DNA of 11,541 nt. It comes from Promethearchaeota archaeon (GTDB taxonomy: Archaea; Asgardarchaeota; Lokiarchaeia; Sigyniarchaeales; SOKP01). The stretch is from the NCBI GenBank assembly GCA_048941015.1, contig JBHLNZ010000090.1, forward strand, positions 1 through 11,541. The letters run 5' to 3'. This document shows positions 1 to 7,557 of the stretch, in pieces; position 1 is the first letter of the stretch, and every line of letters starts with the position of its first letter. A model generated the notes under the pieces. That model made no database searches. It saw nothing but the letters and a program-made list of their open reading frames with translations, and had not been told where the DNA came from. The position numbers and the translations under genes are program-made.

Positions 1-122
1 TTTAAGTTCTATTATATTATTCCTAATTTGGATTTTATAATAAAGGAAATATTAAAATCCAATAGATTTTTGAAATAAGTAATAATAAATTATTAAAATT
101 AAACTAAATGGGGAAAAATAGG

Positions 123-1514
123 ATGAAAATCGTAATTTTAAACGGTAGTCCTAAGGGAGACGAAAGCGTATCGATGCAGTATGTTTTATATATCAAAAAA
201 AAGCATCCAGAGCATGAATATGTTATCCTAAACGTTGCACAGAGCATTAAGAAGATAGAAAATGATATTGAGAGATTTAATAGAATAACTGAAGAGATTG
301 ATAATTCGGATGGTGTAATTTGGGGTTTTCCTGTTTATGTCATGCTTGTCTGCTCCCAATATAAAAGGTTTATCGAATTAATCTTCGAAAATAATGCTAA
401 TCATGTTTTTAAAGGAAAATATGCAGCGGTGTTATCAACATCTATTCATTTTTATGACCATACAGCGCAAAATTATATTCATTCGATTTGTGACGATCTT
501 AATATGAGATATTTTGGATTCTTTGCTGCTGATAGTTGGGATTTGTTTTATCCTAAACGCAGAGCAAGATGGTTATTTTTTGCAGAGAAATTTTTCGAAG
601 CTATTGAAAATAATCTTCCAACTACTAGAGAATATCAAGAATTGAAATCTCGCGATTTTAATTATATTCCAATTCAAAAAGTTAACGAGGAGGGGAAGAT
701 TGATAACAATAACAAAACGATAATTGTTCTTTCAGAAGATACTAATGATGATAATAATTTAGGAAGAATGGTTAATACATTTAAAAATTCTTTCAAGAAT
801 GAGATAGAAGTATATAATATTTATGATTTAGATATAAAAGGACCTTGTATTGGTTGTACAAAATGCGGATACAATCATGAATGCATTTATAATGAAAAAG
901 ATGGATTTACAGAATTCTGGACCAATAAAATAATGAAAGCTGATGTCTTGATATTTGCTGGAAGAATAAAAGATAGATTTTTATCTTCGTATTGGAAATT
1001 AATATATGATAGAGCATTTTTTAATAATCATACTCCGACTATAATTGATAAACAGTTTGGTTATATCATTTCAGGACCTCTCAGCCAAATTGCAAACCTG
1101 AGAGAAATTTTACAGGCCCATATAGAATACCAAGACTCAAATTTCTTAGGTTTTATTACTGATGAGTTTGGAGATTCTGCTGAAATTGATCGATTATTAT
1201 ATAATTTTGCGAAACAAGCAAATGATTTTTCAAATGCAGACTATATTAAGCCTCGAACTTTTCTTGGGGAAGCCGCCATGAAAATCTTTAGAGATGATGT
1301 TTACGGAAGAAATCGGTTTGTATTTCTAGCAGATCATGAATATTATGAGACTCATGGTGTTTATGATACATTTCCGCAAAATGATCAGAGAGCAAAAAAG
1401 TTGAATGACAAACTGATCCCATTAATGAAAATTGATAAAGTACGAAATAAAATGAACTTAAAACAAGAATTTTTGCGACCGTTTAAAAAATTATTAGCAG
1501 ATCCTAACAAATAA
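123..1514 (+). CDS. Two-domain flavodoxin-fold NAD(P)H-dependent FMN reductase / iron-sulfur flavoprotein (Isf-like)
   Basis: N-terminal MKIVILNGSPKG FMN-binding loop, so the start is more likely ATG 123 than 108. It also has a GFPVY flavodoxin motif. The second flavodoxin-like domain carries CIGCTKCGYNHEC (Cx2Cx2Cx5C, 846-884), the compact Isf-type 4Fe-4S motif, followed by ADVLIFAG...KLIYDR. Confidence 0.85.
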   Translation: MKIVILNGSPKGDESVSMQYVLYIKKKHPEHEYVILNVAQSIKKIENDIERFNRITEEIDNSDGVIWGFPVYVMLVCSQYKRFIELIFENNANHVFKGKYAAVLSTSIHFYDHTAQNYIHSICDDLNMRYFGFFAADSWDLFYPKRRARWLFFAEKFFEAIENNLPTTREYQELKSRDFNYIPIQKVNEEGKIDNNNKTIIVLSEDTNDDNNLGRMVNTFKNSFKNEIEVYNIYDLDIKGPCIGCTKCGYNHECIYNEKDGFTEFWTNKIMKADVLIFAGRIKDRFLSSYWKLIYDRAFFNNHTPTIIDKQFGYIISGPLSQIANLREILQAHIEYQDSNFLGFITDEFGDSAEIDRLLYNFAKQANDFSNADYIKPRTFLGEAAMKIFRDDVYGRNRFVFLADHEYYETHGVYDTFPQNDQRAKKLNDKLIPLMKIDKVRNKMNLKQEFLRPFKKLLADPNK

Positions 1515-1517
1515 AGT

Positions 1518-2768
1518 TTATTTTATTTTTTTAGAGAAAGTTGTTTTAGTTTTTAGTTTTTTTTGCGTCTTTGTTGATATTTTGGGTTCTATTATTTCTT
1601 CCTTTTCTTTAAGTTTCACTGGTTTTGAGGGATCAATTGGCGTAAGGCATGACCAACATGCATTTTCCAGAGAGCTTATAGCTTCTGAACATTTTGTACA
1701 ATAGAGCGCATCACATTCTGGACAAAGGTATATTTCCCTTAACAATTTTCCTTTGCATACCAAGCATATTTTCCTCTCTCTATGATATATTACTTCTTCT
1801 TCAGTTACTTTTTCTGGTCTTACAAAAATTCCTAAAATTTGAGGAGAGCCTTCTTTTTCCCTTTTTTGATTTTGGGCAATTATTTCAAATCGAATATTCC
1901 TTATTGTGAAAAAGAATAAAGTGTATATATATACAAAAGCAATAAAGAATTCCATTACAAAATACCATTTTAATCCATTAAGAATGTCTAAAATGATAAT
2001 TGCTGCCAAAAAAGGGACAGTTATTATTGCATATAACATCCAATAAAGTAAAGCTCGAGAAAGAAACTTAGGATTTACAATTGTGGGGAGTATGGTAATG
2101 AAGCAGCCGAAGATTAAAAGAAGCGGACTCACTGCTAGAGGATATACCCCAAGCTCTTTATGTTCACTCTTTGCAAGATTTAACGATGTTATAAACATAA
2201 GAAATCCAAATGATAAAAATGATGAAATAGCTTTAAATTCGAGACGAGACCATCTTGTGTATAAGTAAAATACAAGTGGGACTAAAATTGACATCCCTAA
2301 AATAATAGGGAAATTAAATATAGCTTTTACTAATGTATGATTAGCAAAAAATATAATTTCAATTGAAAGCAAAATTAGATAAGTTATAGTAAAAAGGTAT
2401 TTTGTTTTTTTTACTATTATATCAAACGCAAATAGGAAGAAAGTGAAACCTATGCTTAGAGAAATATAACTTAGTCTGCCATAAATTTTATAGATAACAT
2501 TTTCTTGAAATGGGGTGACCGCTAAATAAGTGTTACTATCAAAAAGAGCAAGTTCTCCGGGTATTTGAAGAACTTGAAAGAAAGTAAATATTAAGCTAAA
2601 AGCAAATCCAAGAATTAAACTAGCAAGACTGAACATTATGAGTTTTTCGTTAAAGATTTTTCTTTTATCGCCTTTATTTATGAAATAAACAGCAGATAAT
2701 AAAGCAATAAATATAGCGACGCCCCATAAAGATCTTTCTAGAGGGTCCCAAACGGGTGCAACATCCAT
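1518..2768 (-). CDS. Polytopic membrane protein (~9 TM) with C-terminal 8-Cys C4C4 RING-like zinc domain and Lys-rich tail
   Basis: About nine hydrophobic segments in residues 14-290. These are followed by CLVC-x10-CPEC-x4-CTKC-x10-CWSC (nt 1647-1766) and a basic tail. Confidence 0.8.
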   Translation of the reverse strand: MDVAPVWDPLERSLWGVAIFIALLSAVYFINKGDKRKIFNEKLIMFSLASLILGFAFSLIFTFFQVLQIPGELALFDSNTYLAVTPFQENVIYKIYGRLSYISLSIGFTFFLFAFDIIVKKTKYLFTITYLILLSIEIIFFANHTLVKAIFNFPIILGMSILVPLVFYLYTRWSRLEFKAISSFLSFGFLMFITSLNLAKSEHKELGVYPLAVSPLLLIFGCFITILPTIVNPKFLSRALLYWMLYAIITVPFLAAIIILDILNGLKWYFVMEFFIAFVYIYTLFFFTIRNIRFEIIAQNQKREKEGSPQILGIFVRPEKVTEEEVIYHRERKICLVCKGKLLREIYLCPECDALYCTKCSEAISSLENACWSCLTPIDPSKPVKLKEKEEIIEPKISTKTQKKLKTKTTFSKKIK

Positions 2769-2836
2769 GCTTTCTAATTATTTGTTTAATTATGTAATTA
2801 TTAACATAAACGATTATTTAATACTTGCATTTGGAT

Positions 2837-3430
2837 CTAGTTCCCAAATTGTTTAATTAATTTTTTTATAATTTCTATTACGTCTAAGGCAGCATTTTGA
2901 ACTTTATTGGTTAAATTCAGTTTAAAGAATGGGAGATCAACATTTTTGCCTAAATCATCAAAATTGATCTCATCACCTCCGTACAACTTTAAATCATTAA
3001 AACCTTGAAGACTTTCTGGAACAAATCCAATCATAATAACTCCCATTTCTGGAATTTTCTTTAAAAGAAGATCGATAACAATATGAATTGGAATTGTATG
3101 TGATGAAATTGGTACGTACTCACTTATATGTCTTCGTTCTATAATTGCTACTGTACCAGGGGGTTTATTTAAAGTGCATGTATCTATAAGAATTAAATGA
3201 GAAGGATTAAAATTGATAATTTCTTCAATTCTTGTCATAGGATCAGTCCCAGCATTTAGGAAAAGGAACTTCCCTTTAAAAGGATTTACCATCTTAAAAT
3301 AAATTAGAAGTTCACTAATAACGTAAGGACCAACCCCATCATCAGTTAATTTTTCTTCTCCAATTCCCATAAAAACAATTTTACGGGAACCCTTTAGATA
3401 AGATTCTAATTTATGGTACAAATCTTTCAT
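2837..3430 (-). CDS. hycI: Hydrogenase maturation endopeptidase (HycI-like, peptidase A31)
   Basis: IVFMGIGEEKLTDDGVG corresponds to the GxGN..xDDGxG motif. It also has NAGTDP, ILIDT, PPGTV and SSHTIP, so the Asp/Asp/His ligand positions are present. The start is probably ATG 3430 (MKDL); the ORF track uses 3457. Confidence 0.8.
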   Translation of the reverse strand: MKDLYHKLESYLKGSRKIVFMGIGEEKLTDDGVGPYVISELLIYFKMVNPFKGKFLFLNAGTDPMTRIEEIINFNPSHLILIDTCTLNKPPGTVAIIERRHISEYVPISSHTIPIHIVIDLLLKKIPEMGVIMIGFVPESLQGFNDLKLYGGDEINFDDLGKNVDLPFFKLNLTNKVQNAALDVIEIIKKLIKQFGN

Positions 3431-3515
3431 TGCTGAGATAAAAAATAGAAGATTCATTAATTAATTTATCATAAAATAGAGTAAATCTTTTATTTCAGAA
3501 ATTTTTGAATTTATT

Positions 3516-4394
3516 ATGCTTTTAAAAGGAAAAAATATTATCATTACTGGTTCGGGAAGGGGTATTGGAAGGGCGATTGCTATAGCTTGCGCAAAAGAAG
3601 GAGCTAATCTTGGTTTAACAGCTAGAACTTTAGAACAATTAAATGAAACTAAGAAAAAAATTGAGGATTTGGGGATAAATGTTAAGGTTATAATAAAAAG
3701 TGCTGATATTACGCAATATAAAGAAGTTGAAAATGCTTTCAAAACTTTCTATGAAGGTTTAGGACAATTCAATGGAGTTATTGCAAATGCAGGTTATTCA
3801 AGAATGTGGGTAAGTCATGAATTCGATACTAATAAGTTTTCTGAGATTATTAATACCAATATATCAGGAGTTTTTCATACCTTTAAAGCTGCTTATCCAT
3901 ATATGAAAAAGGATGATAAAAGTAATAAATCAAGGTTTATTATTACAGGTAGTGCAGCATATACTAACCCAATGGTTAAATTAGCTGCTTATACAGCAAG
4001 TAAATATGCCGTTGTAGGTTTACAATATTCATTAGCACAAGAATACAAGAAAGAGAATATTAGTTTTAATATGGTTCTCCCAACCATGGTTGACACAGCT
4101 CTTCTAAGAGGATCTAAAGCTGGTGATGGAAATAAGCCTCCAAATGTTATGGATCCATGGGAATTAAATGAATATTACCTTTTTCTATTATCTGAGAAAG
4201 CAAATAAACTAGATAACAGTTTGATTTTTACTAGTGATTTTGAAGAGCTAAAGAAACTTCTTTCAAACGCGCCCTCAGGGAAAAAAGAAAACTGGAAAGT
4301 ATTCAAGGAATATCTGGAATCCAACGCTCCTAAAATCTATGAGAATGTTAGAAAGTTAGGAAAATTAGTTGACTTTTTTATTTCTAGGATGTAA
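3516..4394 (+). CDS. Classical short-chain dehydrogenase/reductase (SDR), probably NADP(H)-dependent, substrate unknown
   Basis: TGSGRGIG Rossmann motif, Arg after beta-2 (TART), NAG motif, catalytic Ser (GSAA) and YTASK (YxxxK), and PTMVDT. Confidence 0.93.
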   Translation: MLLKGKNIIITGSGRGIGRAIAIACAKEGANLGLTARTLEQLNETKKKIEDLGINVKVIIKSADITQYKEVENAFKTFYEGLGQFNGVIANAGYSRMWVSHEFDTNKFSEIINTNISGVFHTFKAAYPYMKKDDKSNKSRFIITGSAAYTNPMVKLAAYTASKYAVVGLQYSLAQEYKKENISFNMVLPTMVDTALLRGSKAGDGNKPPNVMDPWELNEYYLFLLSEKANKLDNSLIFTSDFEELKKLLSNAPSGKKENWKVFKEYLESNAPKIYENVRKLGKLVDFFISRM

Positions 4395-4452
4395 TTATTT
4401 CATTCTATGTTTCTTTCTAAAATTTAATTAGAGCTAATGAATAGTCAAATTC

Positions 4453-4460
4453 TTTAAAAA
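4453..4460 (+). promoter_or_regulatory. Possible archaeal TATA box for the endA-PINA unit
   Basis: TTTAAAAA ends 24 nt before ATG 4485, a spacing typical of short or leaderless archaeal transcripts. The AT-rich background makes this weak. Confidence 0.3.
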
Positions 4461-4484
4461 AAAAGTATAATAGTATATTTAGGA

Positions 4485-5102
4485 ATGGAAGAAAAATCGC
4501 CAAATAATTTAGAAAAAGTACAAATCAAAGGTATTTTTAAGAAAGAGAAAGTATTTATTTTGGATCCAAGAGGATTACAAGAATTTTATGAGAATTCATA
4601 TATAGGATCTATAGAGAAAGATGAAAATGGTAATGATATATTAGTTTTGGAAGCAATAGAGGTACTACTTTTAATAGAGAGACAGAGGATTCTTCTTTAT
4701 GAGGACAACGATGAGAATAAAGTTCAATATACCTTTGAAACAGCATTAGAACATTTTACCAATTATGATGAGAGATTGTGGCAAAAGTATATCATTTATA
4801 TGGATTTACGTAAAAGAGGATACATAGTTAGAGCTGGATATGGCGAAGGTATAGATTTTCGTGTTTATAAACGAGGAGCTGATGTTGAGAAAGATGCAGC
4901 AAAATTCTTAATATATCCTGTTTTTGAAGGAGATCCTATAGAATTAAAAGATCTCGACAAAATATCGAGAGTTGCTTTAAGTTCTCGTAAAGACTTAATA
5001 GTAGCAACAGTAGATAGGTTAAGCAAACCTATTTATTATAGCGTAAATAAATTCCAAATTATAAATAATGTCGAAATAGATGAAAGTGAGTATGCCAGAT
5101 AA
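4485..5102 (+). CDS. endA: tRNA-intron (splicing) endonuclease subunit, probably the structural (non-catalytic, beta-type) subunit
   Basis: N-domain helix LEAIEVLLL. C-domain YMDLRKRGYIVRAG...DFRVY...SRVALSSRKDLIVATVD...IYY. The catalytic His position (Tyr+10) is Ala, and the GxKFG-type motif is replaced by GYGEG. Confidence 0.88.
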   Translation: MEEKSPNNLEKVQIKGIFKKEKVFILDPRGLQEFYENSYIGSIEKDENGNDILVLEAIEVLLLIERQRILLYEDNDENKVQYTFETALEHFTNYDERLWQKYIIYMDLRKRGYIVRAGYGEGIDFRVYKRGADVEKDAAKFLIYPVFEGDPIELKDLDKISRVALSSRKDLIVATVDRLSKPIYYSVNKFQIINNVEIDESEYAR

Positions 5103-6744
5103 ATTTGCATGTGATACTAGTGTTATATTTAATGGTTTGATTTTAGATTTAATTGAAGATGGAGAATTAGGAGAAAAACCTGAAATTTTTATCTCTAATA
5201 TTGTTGTTGCGGAAGTAGAATATCGAACAAATATTCAAAAAGAAATTGGCTTTTTTGGTCTTCATGTATTAAGAGAATTACGTAACTTGCATAATGAAGG
5301 AAAAATTATTCTCCATATAATTGGAAAACGACCTACAAGAGAAGAAATTAAGATGGCTCCAGGGGGTGAACTTGATGCTCTTATAAGAGATCTTGCTCTA
5401 AAAAATGAAGCCATTTTGATCACTGCTGACAGAATTCAAGGAGATGTTGGAGTATTTGAAGGTTTAGAGATAATGTATGTTAAAGAGAAGGCTATACCTA
5501 GAAAAATTGGCCCTCTTTCTTTGAAATTGTTAGAATATTTTGATGAAACAACTATGAGTGTGCATCTTAAAAGAACTCTCCCTCCATATGCAAAAAAAGG
5601 AAGTCCTGGAAATTGGTATTTACAAAGAGTAAGAAATGAACCATTATCATCAAAAACAATTGAAGATATTGCTATTGAAATTATTGAAAATGTACGAGAA
5701 GATGAACATTCTTTTATTGAAATTGAAAAGTATGGTGCTGTTGTAGCTCAATTAAGAGAATTTAGAATAGTTATAACCCGCCCTCCTTTTTCGAATGATG
5801 TTGAAATTACTGCTGTACGTCCATTAGTAAATCTTACATTATCTGATTATTCAATAGATGCAAAATTACATAATAGAATAAAAAAGGCAGAAGGAATTTT
5901 AGTTGCAGGAGCTCCTGGAGCAGGTAAATCTACATTTTCAGCTGCATTAGCTAATTTTTATTTAGAGCAAAATAAAGTAGTAAAAACATTAGAAAGTGTA
6001 AGAGATTTACAAGTCAGGCCAGAGATAACGCAATATACTAAGCTTGAAGGAAATTTAGAGAATTCTGCTGATATATTACTACTTGTAAGACCTGATTTTA
6101 CAATATTTGATGAAGTACGTACCACAAAAGATTTTGAAATCTATTCTGATTTTCGTCTATCCGGTGTAGGAATGGTTGGCGTCGTACATTCTTCTTCTGC
6201 AATTGATGCAATTCAAAGATTTATCGGACGTATCGAACTAGGAATGCTTCCTTCGATCATTGATACAATAATTTTTATAGAAGGCGGAGATATTACGTCA
6301 GTATTAATATTAAAGATGACTGTTAAAGTTCCGCATGGATTTCGAGATAAAGATTTAGCAAGACCAGTGGTAGAAGTTAGAGATTTTAAATCAGATTTAT
6401 TAGCATATGAAATTTATTCTTTTGGACAAGATATTGTAATAAATCCTATTAATCCAGTCAAAGGATCAAAAACTGGAAAGTATAGCAAATATAAATCAGT
6501 AAGAGAGAAAAGAGGTTCACAACAAATCGATTTAGATATAAGTGTTGAGAAACAAAAGATAATACTTAAAGCAGATTTAGATTTTGCTAGTAAAAATATT
6601 ATAATATATTCTGATGGTCAAGAAATATTCACTGGCTCACTTAGTCGAAATGCAAGTATCTCACTTTCACTTTCTAACAAAGAAGGGAAACGAGTTTTAA
6701 AAGAATTTGAAAAATCGAGAAAGATTTATGCTATATTAAAATAA
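5092..6744 (+). CDS. PINA: PIN-domain (PINc/VapC) plus P-loop ATPase, archaeal Holliday-junction branch-migration ATPase family
   Basis: PIN acidic residues in CDTS, AEVE, GELDALI and ITAD. Family motifs FDETTMSVHLK, RIVITRPPFS..EITAVRP, LLVRPD and GVGMVGVVH..AIDAIQRFIGRIELG. Walker A is GAPGAGKS and Walker B is TIFDE. The start is probably ATG 5092 (MPDK), overlapping the endA stop. Confidence 0.92.
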   Translation: MPDKFACDTSVIFNGLILDLIEDGELGEKPEIFISNIVVAEVEYRTNIQKEIGFFGLHVLRELRNLHNEGKIILHIIGKRPTREEIKMAPGGELDALIRDLALKNEAILITADRIQGDVGVFEGLEIMYVKEKAIPRKIGPLSLKLLEYFDETTMSVHLKRTLPPYAKKGSPGNWYLQRVRNEPLSSKTIEDIAIEIIENVREDEHSFIEIEKYGAVVAQLREFRIVITRPPFSNDVEITAVRPLVNLTLSDYSIDAKLHNRIKKAEGILVAGAPGAGKSTFSAALANFYLEQNKVVKTLESVRDLQVRPEITQYTKLEGNLENSADILLLVRPDFTIFDEVRTTKDFEIYSDFRLSGVGMVGVVHSSSAIDAIQRFIGRIELGMLPSIIDTIIFIEGGDITSVLILKMTVKVPHGFRDKDLARPVVEVRDFKSDLLAYEIYSFGQDIVINPINPVKGSKTGKYSKYKSVREKRGSQQIDLDISVEKQKIILKADLDFASKNIIIYSDGQEIFTGSLSRNASISLSLSNKEGKRVLKEFEKSRKIYAILK

Positions 6745-6761
6745 CGACAAAGTTACCGGTT

Positions 6762-7511
6762 TCATTTTAATATTTGCTTTACTTTTTCAACAATTGGAGG
6801 TAATACCTCCATTATATCATCGAAAAATCTTAGATCTGCCTCATAATCATATGGTGTTTCTCCTTGATTTAGGATTATTAATTTAGCGCCATAATTTTTA
6901 GCAATACCCGGCATATTCGCTGCAGGTGTTACAACTAAAGATGAACCAATAACAAAAAAAACGTCAGCATTTTCAGACCTTCTTATTGATTCTTCCAGTT
7001 CATCATAAGGTAAGGGATCACCAAAGTTAACAATACTTGATATGATCCTACCATTACAAGCAGGGCAAGTTGGTTGGCCTTTTCGAGGATTTTGTGTTCT
7101 ATATCCTTGACCCCACCTAGTTTTATCCCATCCTGCTTCTTCAAATGTCATTTTTAAATTACAATCCAGGCATTTCATAAAATACATATTTCCATGTAAT
7201 TCTGCTAACCTTTCAAATGGAATACCAGATTTTGCATGCAAACCATCAACATTTTGCGAAATCAAATAATTTAGTTTCCCTATACTTAAAAGATCTACAA
7301 TAGCGTAATGAGCTATATTTGGTTGCACCTGATCCCAGGGAGGACTTTTAGGAGGTGGTAATCCTTTATCTCTCCTCGTCCAAACTCCATCAGGACCACG
7401 ATAATCAGGTAATCCTGAATGAGTGGATATTCCCGCGCCTGTAAAAACTACTAGCTTTTTAGATTCAGCAATCCATTTAGCAGTCAGATCAATTTTTTCT
7501 TTAAGTTCCAT
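6762..7511 (-). CDS. NAD-dependent protein deacylase, sirtuin family, class IV (SIRT6/7)-like
   Basis: Motifs GAGIS, [25 protein letters not shown] (catalytic His), CxxC...CxxC Zn site, NFGD, GSSL and LNQGET. Confidence 0.95.
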   Translation of the reverse strand: [249 protein letters not shown]

Positions 7512-7557
7512 ATAGAATTAGAAAAGAAAAAAATAAATTAAAATTTATTTTAATTTT

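Noticed and set aside
1694-2268. Short plus-strand ORFs 1694-1909 and 2083-2268
   Set aside because: Antisense shadows inside the membrane/RING gene with no recognisable motifs.
3461-3742. 93-aa minus-strand ORF
   Set aside because: Mostly antisense to the well-supported SDR, and antisense open frames are common opposite SDR genes.
5092-6744. Type II/IV secretion or archaellum ATPase, or a VapC toxin
   Set aside because: The PIN-ATPase fusion motifs identify PINA, and no pilin, TadC or antitoxin gene is adjacent.
7530-7556. Overlapping 10-bp inverted repeats (AAAATAAATT/AATTTATTTT and AAATTAAAAT/ATTTTAATTT) upstream of the sirtuin
   Set aside because: They are composed only of A and T in a very AT-rich spacer. 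They could be a terminator or promoter but cannot be distinguished from chance.
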